This document shows positions 30,603-39,747 of a stretch of 64,000 bases of DNA, in pieces. The stretch's first letter is position 1. Every line of letters begins with the position of its first letter. This DNA comes from Phycisphaeraceae bacterium (GTDB lineage: Bacteria > Planctomycetota > Phycisphaerae > Phycisphaerales > Zrk34): assembly GCA_040905565.1 (NCBI GenBank), contig JBBDRF010000092.1, forward strand, positions 1-64,000. Direction: 5' to 3'. A program made the translations under genes and the position numbers. Under the pieces are notes generated by a model, which did no database searches, was not told the origin of the DNA, and worked only from the letters and a program-made list of their open reading frames with translations.

Positions 30603-30989
30603 ATGCAGATGTTGGCTTTGATAGCGCACGATCGGATGAAGGATCGGATTGTTTCGTTCTGCGAATCGCATCGCGAGACGCTGGAACGTTTCGACCTGAT
30701 CGCGACGGGAACGACGGGCAGTCGTATCGCCGAGGCCACCGGTTTGTCGGTAACGTGCATGCTTTCGGGGCCGGTGGGCGGTGATGCACAGATTGCGGCG
30801 CAGGTGGCGACGGGGGGCGTGCATGCGGTGATATTCCTGGTCGATCCGCTGCACGCCCATCCGCACGAGCCGGACATTCAGGGGCTGATGCGGGTATGTA
30901 ATGTTCACGAAGTCCCGTTCGCGACGAACGCTCCGGCGGCCGATCTGCTGCTGAGTGCGATCACGGCTCAACAGACCACGCAGCGGTAA
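30603..30989 (+). CDS. mgsA: methylglyoxal synthase
   Basis: ALIAHD, ATGTTG, SGPVGGDAQI, DPL..HPHEPD and ATN motifs. Confidence 0.93.
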   Translation: MQMLALIAHDRMKDRIVSFCESHRETLERFDLIATGTTGSRIAEATGLSVTCMLSGPVGGDAQIAAQVATGGVHAVIFLVDPLHAHPHEPDIQGLMRVCNVHEVPFATNAPAADLLLSAITAQQTTQR

Positions 30990-31071
30990 ATCACGGTGCT
31001 TTTGAGGACGCTGGAAAGATACGATTCGGTGAGAAGCGGGGCAAACTTTTCTGGTTGGGGTGCGGGGGATT

Positions 31072-31238
31072 GGGTGCCCCGGCCAGCGCAGACGGCCGGG
31101 CGGGATGATTCAACGGGTTCGGGGGCATTGCATTCGTCGGGGAAACCCGGCGCGGCACTGGTGGACAAGCCACCAGTGGCACACAAGTTTGTGGCGGGGA
31201 ACCCGACCGTCTCGCTTCGCTCGCTGGCCGGGGCACCC
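31072..31238. repeat. REPIN-like composite: inverted family-A REPs around a second palindrome
   Basis: Ends GGGTGCCCCGGCCAGCG and CGCTGGCCGGGGCACCC are a perfect 17-bp inverted repeat; internal CACTGGTGG-ACAAG-CCACCAGTG at 31156-31178. Confidence 0.75.
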
Positions 31239-31382
31239 TTGGAATTGTCGGTGCGGGGGATTGGGAAGAAGTGGCGATCTGCGATCGCCCGCTAACGGAT
31301 TGTGAGGGTTGCGATGAGTGGTTTGAACGTGACGGCGTGTGATCATCTTGAGGCGATTTTTGCGGGGCGGGTTGAGGCTGGG

Positions 31383-31676
31383 ATGAGCTTCTCTGAGCGG
31401 GTGTATGCGATGACGGTGCGTGTGCCGGCTGGTTCGGTGACGACGTATGGGCGGATAGCTGCGGCGCTGGGGTCGCCTCGTGGTGCGCGGGCGGTGGGCA
31501 ATGCGCTGAATCGCAATCCCCATGCGCCGGATGTGCCCTGTCATCGAGTGGTGGGGTATGACCGACGGTTGACGGGGTTTGCGCATGGGCTGGCGGCGAA
31601 GCGTCAGTTGCTGCTGGATGAGAAGGTGGCGTTTGTTGAGGATCGGGTCGCTGAGGAGGCGTTGATCGATCCGTGA
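31383..31676 (+). CDS. O6-methylguanine-DNA methyltransferase (single domain)
   Basis: TYGRIA, ARAVGNAL and active-site PCHRV; start uncertain. Confidence 0.85.
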   Translation: MSFSERVYAMTVRVPAGSVTTYGRIAAALGSPRGARAVGNALNRNPHAPDVPCHRVVGYDRRLTGFAHGLAAKRQLLLDEKVAFVEDRVAEEALIDP

Positions 31677-31734
31677 TATTTCTCAGGTTTCCCCCGATAC
31701 CGAGCAGATTCTGAGGCAGGTAGGATCGCTCATC

Positions 31735-32667
31735 ATGGAGATGCGCCAACTGGGACAGACCGGGCTGTGGGTTACGCCGTTGGGTTTTGGTGCAGCGCCG
31801 ATGGCTTTTCTTGATAAGCCTCAGGAACAGGCGGATGCGACGCTGAACCGGGTGCTGGACGCGGGGGTGAATCTCATCGATACCGCGGCGTGCTATCCCA
31901 ATTCCGAGCAGGTGATCGGGCGGGCGGTGGGGCATCGGCGTGATGATTATGTGCTGGCGAGTAAGTGCGGGCATCTGGCGCATGGGCTGCGGGGGCGGGA
32001 GTGGTCGGCGGAGCTGATTGCGCGGAGTATCGATCGGTCGCTGACGCTTTTGCGAACGGATCACCTCGACATCATGCTGCTGCATTCGTGCGACCTGGCG
32101 GTGCTTAAGCAGGGCGAAGCGCTGGAGGCGCTGCGGCAGGCACGCGAGGCGGGGAAGGTGCGGCATATCGGGTATTCGGGCGACAACGAAGCGGCGGCTT
32201 ACGCGGCGGGGCTTGAAGATGTGGAGATCATCCAGACGTCGGTGAGCATCTGCGATCAGACGAACATCGATCTGGTGCTGCCTGTGGCGGAGGGGCGTAA
32301 TCTGGGGGTGATTGCGAAGCGGCCGCTGGCGAACGCGGCGTGGAAGAATCTGGCGGAGCAGCCGGGCATGTACGCCCATTATGCGGCTGAGTACAACCGT
32401 CGGCTTCGGCGGATGAATCTGACGCCGAGCGATTTGGGGTTTGATGACGGGACGGGGGCGGCGTGGCTTGAGATGTCGCTGAGGTTCACGCTGTCGCAGC
32501 CGCAGGTGCACGCGGCGATCGTGGGGACGACGTGCATCGATCATCTCGAAGCGAACGTTTATGCGGCTGGGCTGGGAGCGCTGCCACCGATCGCGGTGCA
32601 GAAGGTGCGCAACGCGTTTCATCGTGCTCAGAACGGGGCGGGGTACGGGTGGGTGGCGCAGACGTAG
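31735..32667 (+). CDS. aldo/keto reductase
   Basis: RQLGQTGL, IDTAACY, SL..LRTDHLD and GKVRHIGYS motifs. Confidence 0.9.
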   Translation: MEMRQLGQTGLWVTPLGFGAAPMAFLDKPQEQADATLNRVLDAGVNLIDTAACYPNSEQVIGRAVGHRRDDYVLASKCGHLAHGLRGREWSAELIARSIDRSLTLLRTDHLDIMLLHSCDLAVLKQGEALEALRQAREAGKVRHIGYSGDNEAAAYAAGLEDVEIIQTSVSICDQTNIDLVLPVAEGRNLGVIAKRPLANAAWKNLAEQPGMYAHYAAEYNRRLRRMNLTPSDLGFDDGTGAAWLEMSLRFTLSQPQVHAAIVGTTCIDHLEANVYAAGLGALPPIAVQKVRNAFHRAQNGAGYGWVAQT

Positions 32668-32678
32668 GGGCGGGGGGA

Positions 32679-32762
32679 AATGCTCAAATCTGAATGTTCA
32701 ATGCTCAATGGCGGAAGGCGCGTGTTGAGCATTGAGCATTGAGCATTGGGGGCTTGAGCATT
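32679..32762. repeat. inverted heptamer tandem array (AATGCTC)n/(TTGAGCA)n
   Basis: About 4 degenerate AATGCTC units facing about 5 TTGAGCA units between convergent genes. Confidence 0.8.
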
Positions 32763-33619
32763 CAGCGCATGCGGTGCAGGGTGTCGGGGAGTTGTTGCAT
32801 GAGTGCTTTGGCGGTGAGGCCGGCGTTGCCGTGGGCGGCGGCCCAGAGGTCGGCGGCGAGGCCGTGGAGGTGGACGGCCAGGGCGGCGGCTTCGTAAGCG
32901 GGCATCTTCTGGGCAATGAGTGAGGCGATGAGGCCGGTGAGGACGTCGCCGCTGCCTGCGGTGGCGAGGGCGACGTTGCCGGTGGTGTTGTGATGCGTGC
33001 GATCGGCGTCGGCGACGATGGTGCGGCTGCCCTTGAGAACGACAACGGCGTAATGATGGGCGGCGAGGGCCTGGGCGGCCTGCGGGCGCTGAGCGGGATC
33101 GGTGCCGCTGAGCGTGATGCCGGCGGCGTCGGCGAGGCGTTGGTATTCGCCGGGGTGCGGGGTGAGGACGGTGGGGGCGTCGCGGCGGATCGGCTGAGTT
33201 TGGGCGGCGAGCGTGTTCAGGGCGTCGGCATCGAGCACGGCGGGGCGGTCGGTCTGCAGCAGGCGGGCGAGCAGTTGCGTCTGGTGATCGCCTGTGCCGA
33301 GACCGGGACCGACGGCGAGAACGGTGCGGGCATCGAACTGGGCGGCGAAGGCCTCGAAATCGGCGGGATCGTCGGGGAGGATCATGCCCGTGGCGGAGGG
33401 TTCGATGGTGAGGCAGAACGGGAGGATGGCGGCATGCGTGGCGATCTTGCACAGGCCCGCGCCGCTGCGGAGCGCGGAGCCGGCGGCGAGGGCGGGAGCG
33501 CCGAGCATGGTGGGCGAGCCGCCGACGACGATCACGGTGCCGAACGTGCCTTTGTGACCATCAGCTGGACGCTGCGGGAGTGCGGGCAGCGTCGGGGGCA
33601 AGGTGGGGGGGGTGGGCAT
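32762..33619 (-). CDS. nnrD: NAD(P)H-hydrate dehydratase
   Basis: HKGTFG, VGPGLG, LDADAL, LTPHPGE and ATAGSGDVL motifs. Confidence 0.92.
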   Translation of the reverse strand: MPTPPTLPPTLPALPQRPADGHKGTFGTVIVVGGSPTMLGAPALAAGSALRSGAGLCKIATHAAILPFCLTIEPSATGMILPDDPADFEAFAAQFDARTVLAVGPGLGTGDHQTQLLARLLQTDRPAVLDADALNTLAAQTQPIRRDAPTVLTPHPGEYQRLADAAGITLSGTDPAQRPQAAQALAAHHYAVVVLKGSRTIVADADRTHHNTTGNVALATAGSGDVLTGLIASLIAQKMPAYEAAALAVHLHGLAADLWAAAHGNAGLTAKALMQQLPDTLHRMR

Positions 33620-34371
33620 CAGGTGGTTTCCCGTTGGATGAGTGTGGCGATGTAGGCGGCCCCGAAACCGTTGTCGATGTTAACAACGCTGACGCCCGCG
33701 GCGCAGCTGGTGAGCATGCCGAGCAGGGCGGTGACGCCTGCGAAGGCGGCGCCGTAGCCGACGCTGGTGGGGACGGCGATGACGGGAACGCTGACGAGAC
33801 CACCGACGACGCTGGGGAGGGCGCCTTCCATGCCGGCAATGCAGATGATGACGCGCGTGGGGCCGAGGTCGTCGAGGCGGCGGATCAGCCGGGCGAGGCC
33901 TGCGACGCCGACGTCGTTGATGCGGTGGACCGGCTGGGCGAGGGCGAGGCAGGTGAGTTCGGCTTCGTCGGCCACGGCTTCGTCGGAGGTGCCGGCCGTG
34001 ATGATCGGGATCGGCTGGGCGGTGGGGGGCGGCGGCGTAGGGCGGCCGACGAGAAGCGTGCGGCTGCGGGAATCGGTCTGGACATCGGCGAAGGCATGCG
34101 TCACGGCTTCGTGGTGGGCGGGATTCGCGCGCGTGATCAGGGCGTGGCCGCTGCGGTCGATCAGGGCGTGGGCGATGGTGACGACCTGCTCGGGCGTTTT
34201 GCCCTCGGCGTAGATGACCTCGGGCACGCCGCAACGGCGGTGGCGGTGATGGTCGAGCGTGGCGAAACCGAGCGGCTGCTGCGCGAGATCGTGGAGGCGA
34301 CGGGCGGCATCCTCGACCCCGACCTCGCCTGCGGCCACCTGCTGAAGGATCTGCTCGAAAGGATCACCCAT
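33619..34371 (-). CDS. larB: nickel-pincer cofactor biosynthesis carboxylase LarB (PurE-like)
   Basis: LDHHRHRRCGVPEVIY..GK, AGTSD, DVGVAG, AGMEGAL, PTSVGYG and NIDNGFGA motifs. Confidence 0.9.
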   Translation of the reverse strand: MGDPFEQILQQVAAGEVGVEDAARRLHDLAQQPLGFATLDHHRHRRCGVPEVIYAEGKTPEQVVTIAHALIDRSGHALITRANPAHHEAVTHAFADVQTDSRSRTLLVGRPTPPPPTAQPIPIITAGTSDEAVADEAELTCLALAQPVHRINDVGVAGLARLIRRLDDLGPTRVIICIAGMEGALPSVVGGLVSVPVIAVPTSVGYGAAFAGVTALLGMLTSCAAGVSVVNIDNGFGAAYIATLIQRETT

Positions 34372-34486
34372 CGGCGCATTATAACGCAGCCGATTGCACG
34401 CTTTCCGAGATCGGCACAAACCCAACAGCGGCGGACGACGTAACAGACTAAGATTTTCAGCAACACACCCGCGAGCGGAGCAAATC

Positions 34487-34996
34487 ATGGCAGACGATAA
34501 ACACGAGACCAACGCCCCGACCAACCCGAGACGACACGGGCCGTTGCGACACGCACAGTGGGTGATGCTGGTGATCCTGGTCGGCGTGATCGTATTGCAG
34601 TGGCCGATCTATCGCAGCATCGGCATGGGCCTGCTGAACATCGATCCACCTGACGACGGCATCGGTTGGCGTACGGATTTCGCCGCCGCGCAGGTCGAAG
34701 CGGCGGAGACCGGCAAGCCGTTGCTGGTGAACTTCACCGCCGACTGGTGCGGGCCCTGCGTGGCGATGAAGCGCGACGTCTGGCCACGTGATTCGGTGGG
34801 TGAACTGATCGCCGCGGGGTACGTCCCGGTTCGGCTGGACATCGATCTGATCGAAGGCAAAAGCGTCGGGGCAGAATACGACGTGCGGGCGATTCCGACG
34901 ACGATCGTGATGGATGCTGAGGGGCAGGAGATTGAACGGGCGAACTACCTCTCCCGCCGCGGCATGGAAGAGTTTCTGCAGCGGCTAAGCGGGTAG
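34487..34996 (+). CDS. membrane-anchored thioredoxin family protein
   Basis: N-terminal TM; FTADWCGPC; IPT cis-Pro motif. Confidence 0.85.
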   Translation: MADDKHETNAPTNPRRHGPLRHAQWVMLVILVGVIVLQWPIYRSIGMGLLNIDPPDDGIGWRTDFAAAQVEAAETGKPLLVNFTADWCGPCVAMKRDVWPRDSVGELIAAGYVPVRLDIDLIEGKSVGAEYDVRAIPTTIVMDAEGQEIERANYLSRRGMEEFLQRLSG

Positions 34997-35262
34997 AGAC
35001 GAGATTTGAGCGCGCCCGTCGGGAGGCGGCGTCGGGCGCTGGGGGGCGTAGGGCGCATGGGTGCCGCACAGCGTCCCGCAGGGTGGTGTGTGCGAACAGC
35101 GTGAGTTTATCGCTCGGCTGATGAACCAAAGTTCAGCCATGGCGGTAGCGTCATGGCATGATATATTTCATGGCCGACCAGTACGCAGCACGCGCTTTGG
35201 GGTGCTCCGTGGCCCCCGGCAAGCCCGATCACTTCGATATTCTTTGACGGCCTGTGGCGACC

Positions 35263-35760
35263 ATGAGCGATCTAAGCAGATCTTTAGTGAAGCGATTTTA
35301 TGTGTTCCTAGCTGTACTGGCTGTACTGGGGCTATTTGCTGCTAGCTCCATATACCTCTTTCCCAAAGAGCCCGCATTGTTTGCGTTTCCCAAGACTGGA
35401 ATTGCAGCGAGCTACACGCCTGCTGTGCCCCACGTCACCAATCCTGATGGATCTACGGTGTGGATAGATATGCGGGCGAATATGGTGGCCATCGTCGATG
35501 CCCCGGACGGAAAGACGGATGGGGCGGATTGGGAAACCGTAGGACATGACTTCATCCAGTTTCATGATGGCAGACGGATCGAGCGATCGGAAGATACGCT
35601 GTTGTTTGTCGACGCTGCCGATCAGCAGAGAGTGAAGCGCTCCTTGAGGCCAGGCGACGCAGAGTGGCTTTACGTTGAAATCCTCAGGAGAAACCTTTAC
35701 GAGATGGCAAACGCTCGGGCGGCGGTGTTGAGCCTGCTTGATGAACGCCCTCAGGATTAG
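35263..35760 (+). CDS. hypothetical protein with N-terminal TM and atypical codon usage
   Basis: 165-aa ORF with a hydrophobic N-terminus; visibly more AT-rich than its flanks. Confidence 0.5.
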   Translation: MSDLSRSLVKRFYVFLAVLAVLGLFAASSIYLFPKEPALFAFPKTGIAASYTPAVPHVTNPDGSTVWIDMRANMVAIVDAPDGKTDGADWETVGHDFIQFHDGRRIERSEDTLLFVDAADQQRVKRSLRPGDAEWLYVEILRRNLYEMANARAAVLSLLDERPQD

Positions 35761-35886
35761 CAAGTAGTGTCATGTAGCCGAAGCGAAACCTACCACGGAG
35801 CTAAGCGGTGGGCCGGGGTGGGGAGGCATCTGGGCTAGTATGCATTAGGCAGTCGGCACTGATTATTTGGGGGGGGGAGAGGGGAA

Positions 35887-36312
35887 TTAGATCGTGCCGG
35901 ACCAGTCGGGGGGGTAGCAGAGGACGGGGACGCGGGATTGGCGGATGATCTGTTGGGGGATGTCGCCGGCTAGCAGGCGTGCCATGCGTCCTTTGCCGCT
36001 GAGGCCGAGCACGATGAGCGTGGCTTGCTGTTCGTCGGAGGCGTTGAGGATCGCCCGGCCGACATCATCACCATATAGCAGCAGTTTCTCGGAGGGGAGG
36101 TTCGCGTTGTCCAGTCGATCGGTGAGGGATTGGAGCGTGCGTTCGCCGCGCTGGCGCGTCTCCTCCGCAGAGTCGTCTTCCTCGGTGGGACGGGCGACGT
36201 GAGCGACGATCACGGACGCTTCGAGACGATCGGCAAGATCCTCGATCGTCGCGCACAGCTTATCGCTGGCCCAGGGCGTAGAAACGGCTACAAGGATTCG
36301 GCTGCCCGCCAC
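35887..36312 (-). CDS. universal stress protein
   Basis: RILVAV, AHV, GDDVGRAIL, LIVLG..G, LLAG....II..SRVPVL pattern. Confidence 0.88.
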   Translation of the reverse strand: MAGSRILVAVSTPWASDKLCATIEDLADRLEASVIVAHVARPTEEDDSAEETRQRGERTLQSLTDRLDNANLPSEKLLLYGDDVGRAILNASDEQQATLIVLGLSGKGRMARLLAGDIPQQIIRQSRVPVLCYPPDWSGTI

Positions 36313-36385
36313 GTGTGACTCCGGAGGTAAAGCTCTGAGAAAGCGCCCGCAGATATTCTAACGCGGTAGCCATAACTTTGTGGCG

Positions 36386-37966
36386 TTATTCAGCATGGGC
36401 GGTGCTGGGTTCTTCCAGCGACTCAGCCTGAACGGGCGCGGCCCGCTCGGCGGTCAGGAATCCGGTCACCGCATTCTGAGAAGCGCTGATCAGCGGGGCC
36501 GCGAGCAGCGAGAGCGCGACAACGGCAATCGCGGAAGTCGCGGCGGCCGAGGCACGCCAGGGCAGATGCGCCATCTCGGGGGGGCTGTCGGTCGGGGCAT
36601 CGAGGTAGCAGACCTTGATGATGCGGAGGTAGTAAAACGCCCCGATGACCGAGGCGATCAAGGCAAGCACGGCGAGCCAGGCGAAGCCGGCGCTGATGGC
36701 GGCACCGAAGAGGAAAACCTTGCCCCAGAAGCCGACGAGCGGGGGAATGCCCGCAAGACTGAGCACGCAGATGGCCATCACGGCGGCCATCGCGGGGCGG
36801 CGGCCGGCGAGACCCTTGAGATCATCAAAGGTTTCGGCTTCTTCGCCCTGGCGCTTGAGCAGGCCCAGCACCGCGAAGGGGCCGAGGTTCATCGCACCGT
36901 AGGCGACGAGGTAGAAAAGGATGGCGGCAATGCCGTCGCGCGCGGGCCAGGCGCCCTCGGCGATGAGGACGGGGCCCGCGATGAGGCCGAGGATCATGTA
37001 GCCCGAGTGGGCCATCCATGAATAGGCGAGCACACGCTTCACGCTGGTCTGCAGGAGGGCGAGGATGTTGCCGGTGAACATGGTAATCACGGCGATGCCC
37101 GCCAGCAGATAGATGACGCTGGGGGCGTATTCGACACCGGGCCAGCCGGCTGCGTCCATGATGAGGATGAGCGCGGCGAAACCTGCAATCTTCGGGGTAA
37201 AGGCGACAAAGTTCGTCACCGGCAGCGACGCACCCTGGTAGACGTCGGCAAGGTAGAAGTGCATCGGGAATGCGGCGACTTTGAAGCACAGGCCGATGAT
37301 GGAGAACACCAGGCCGACGATCGCGAAGGTGTTAAGCCCTTCCTCAACGAAGACAGTTTGCATGGCGGCAAAGTCGGTCGTGCCGGCTGCGCCGTAGAGC
37401 ATCGCGAAGCCGTAGAGGAAGATCGCGGTGGCGAACGCGCCGAGGAAGAAGTACTTCACGCCCGCTTCGGAAGCCTTGGGCGACTGACGGCTGGTGACAA
37501 CCATCACGTAGAGCGGCAGGCTGGTGAGTTCGAGCGAGAGGAAGAGCCAGACGAGGTTGTCGGCTCCGGCGCAGAGCATGGCCCCGGCGAGCGAGAGCAG
37601 GAAGAAACCGTAGAACTCACCACGGGAGGTGTCGGACGGATCGAACTTGTCGTCGCGGTTTGGGTCGGTTTGCTCGTCGTGCATTTCGACGACCACGAAC
37701 AGCAGGATAAGCCCGATGACGCCGACGGCGATCTTGATGTACAGCGCGATCGGGGAGAGTTGCACGATGCCCATCGCGGGGCTGAGTGCGGCGAGGAGCG
37801 TGGCAAGGATGAGCGCGCCGCCGCTGATGTAGAAGGTGGCGCGGCGGACGAACTGGGAGCCGCTGATGCCCATGATCATCGTGGTGAAGGCGGCGAGCAT
37901 CAGGACGATTTCAGGCCAGAGGGTCTGAAGTTTGAGCGCCATTTCCGTGGGGCCTTCGGGGGTCAT
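36386..37966 (-). CDS. nuoN: NADH-quinone oxidoreductase subunit N
   Basis: EAGVKYF, FKVAAFP.H...DVYQG, KRVLAYS and SLAGIPPLVGFWGK motifs. Confidence 0.88.
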   Translation of the reverse strand: MTPEGPTEMALKLQTLWPEIVLMLAAFTTMIMGISGSQFVRRATFYISGGALILATLLAALSPAMGIVQLSPIALYIKIAVGVIGLILLFVVVEMHDEQTDPNRDDKFDPSDTSRGEFYGFFLLSLAGAMLCAGADNLVWLFLSLELTSLPLYVMVVTSRQSPKASEAGVKYFFLGAFATAIFLYGFAMLYGAAGTTDFAAMQTVFVEEGLNTFAIVGLVFSIIGLCFKVAAFPMHFYLADVYQGASLPVTNFVAFTPKIAGFAALILIMDAAGWPGVEYAPSVIYLLAGIAVITMFTGNILALLQTSVKRVLAYSWMAHSGYMILGLIAGPVLIAEGAWPARDGIAAILFYLVAYGAMNLGPFAVLGLLKRQGEEAETFDDLKGLAGRRPAMAAVMAICVLSLAGIPPLVGFWGKVFLFGAAISAGFAWLAVLALIASVIGAFYYLRIIKVCYLDAPTDSPPEMAHLPWRASAAATSAIAVVALSLLAAPLISASQNAVTGFLTAERAAPVQAESLEEPSTAHAE

Positions 37967-39747
37967 CGTGACTCCTCCTCGCCGACGCGCAAGGCGTGAG
38001 CGGCGGTCGTTGCATGCAGTGAAGATCGGCTGGCGAGCGGGATAGGCGCCTCAGCATCGTGTAGCTGAGCGCGGGGCTCGGCGGCAGCGGGGATGGTCGT
38101 TTGGAGCGGGTCCGCGGGTTGCTCGGTGACCGCGGGTGCCTCGGTCTCGTCGGGATTGCGTTCGGCAATCACCTGCTGAGCGGCGGCGGTGATGTTGTCG
38201 ATGGTCGGCTCGAAGCTCTGCAGCATCGGCGTGGGGTAGAGGCCCAGCACGAGGCAGAGGACAGCGAGCGGAGCGAGCGTGGCGATTTCACGCGTGTTCA
38301 GATCCTGCGGGTTCGGCTCGGCCCCCTGCTCCTCGGTGGGGACACCGACGGGCCCGAAGACGACCTTGTTGACCATGTAGAGGATGTAGATGGCAGCGAG
38401 GATGACGCCGAGCGTGGCGAAGATCGCGAAGGGGATGCCGAGGACATCGGTGGCGGTGAAGGCACCGAGGATGGTCAGGAATTCGCCGACGAAGCCGTTG
38501 AGGCCCGGCAGGCCGACCGACGCGAGGCAGAAGAAGACGAAGAAGAAGGACCAGATCGGCAGGCGTTTGCCGAGGCCCGAGTAGGCCGCCAGTTCGCGGG
38601 TGTGGAAGCGGGAGTAGATCATGCCGACGCAGAGGAAGAGGGCGCCGGTGGCGAGGCCGTGGTTGATCATGTAGATGATGGACCCGCCGACGCCTGCGGC
38701 GTTGAGGGCGACGAGGCCGAGGACGCAGAAGCCCATGTGGGAGACGGAGGAGTAGGCGACGAGCTTCTTCATATCCGTCTGCACCCAGCAGATGAGGGCG
38801 GCATAGAGGATGGCGATGATGGCGAAGATGGCGATGTAGGGGGCGAAGGTGACGATGGCTTCGGGTGCCATGGGCAGTGCGAAGCGGAGCAGGCCGTAGG
38901 AGCCAAGCTTGAGGAGGACGCCCGCGAGGATGACCGAGCCGGCGGTCGGGGCTTCGGTGTGCGCCAGCGGCAGCCAGGTGTGGACGGGGAAGAGGGGGAC
39001 CTTGACGGAGAAGCCGATGAGCAGGCCCATGAGGACCCAGCCCTGCTCGACGGGCGACATCTGCCCGGAGACGGCGACGAGCTGCGGGATGGAGAAGGTC
39101 CATTCGCCGGTGAGACCTGCGTGGAAGTAGGCGACGTAGAGGACGGCGACGAGCGTGAAGATCGAGCCGGCGAGGGTGAAGACGAAGAACTTGGTCGCGG
39201 CGAAGATGCGGTTGCCCGAGCCGAAGATCCCGATGAGGAAGAACAGGGGGATCAGCGTCATCTCGAAGAAGACGTAGAAGAGGATGAGGTCCATCGCGCT
39301 GAAGACGCCGACGAGCGCGGTCTGGAGGACCAGCAGCCAGACGAAGTATTCCTTCACGCGGTGCTTGATGTCGTGCCACGTGCCGAGGATGGTCAGCGGC
39401 AGCAGCAGGGCGGCCAGGACGATGAGCCAAACGCTGACGGCGTCGGCACCGAAGCGGAAGCCGATGCCCAGGCCTTCCATCCAGGGGGTGTAGCTGGCGA
39501 ACTGAAAGGCTCCGGCGTTGCTCCAGTCGAAGCGGACGAGCATGAGCATCGCCAGGGCGAAGCCGAGCACGCTGGACCACAGGGCGACGGCACGCACGGT
39601 GGCGGGGCGGTCGGCGGGGATGAACAGCGCGATGGCAAGGGCGCTGAGCAGGGGGATCAGCACCATCAGCGGCAAGAGCCAGGCGGAGGCGGTGGTGGTC
39701 TCGCCGGCCGCTGCGAGCGTCGGGATGAAGGGGATCAGGTTTGTCAT
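37963..39747 (-). CDS. nuoM: NADH-quinone oxidoreductase subunit M
   Basis: FYVFFE, KVPLFPVHTWLPLAHTEAP, LLKLGSYG, AYSSVSHMG and GLPGLNGFVGE motifs. Confidence 0.93.
   Translation of the reverse strand: MTNLIPFIPTLAAAGETTTASAWLLPLMVLIPLLSALAIALFIPADRPATVRAVALWSSVLGFALAMLMLVRFDWSNAGAFQFASYTPWMEGLGIGFRFGADAVSVWLIVLAALLLPLTILGTWHDIKHRVKEYFVWLLVLQTALVGVFSAMDLILFYVFFEMTLIPLFFLIGIFGSGNRIFAATKFFVFTLAGSIFTLVAVLYVAYFHAGLTGEWTFSIPQLVAVSGQMSPVEQGWVLMGLLIGFSVKVPLFPVHTWLPLAHTEAPTAGSVILAGVLLKLGSYGLLRFALPMAPEAIVTFAPYIAIFAIIAILYAALICWVQTDMKKLVAYSSVSHMGFCVLGLVALNAAGVGGSIIYMINHGLATGALFLCVGMIYSRFHTRELAAYSGLGKRLPIWSFFFVFFCLASVGLPGLNGFVGEFLTILGAFTATDVLGIPFAIFATLGVILAAIYILYMVNKVVFGPVGVPTEEQGAEPNPQDLNTREIATLAPLAVLCLVLGLYPTPMLQSFEPTIDNITAAAQQVIAERNPDETEAPAVTEQPADPLQTTIPAAAEPRAQLHDAEAPIPLASRSSLHATTAAHALRVGEEESR

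Noticed and set aside
31383..31676. Alkyltransferase-like (ATL) non-catalytic protein
   Set aside because: It retains the catalytic PCHR cysteine, so it is called an MGMT
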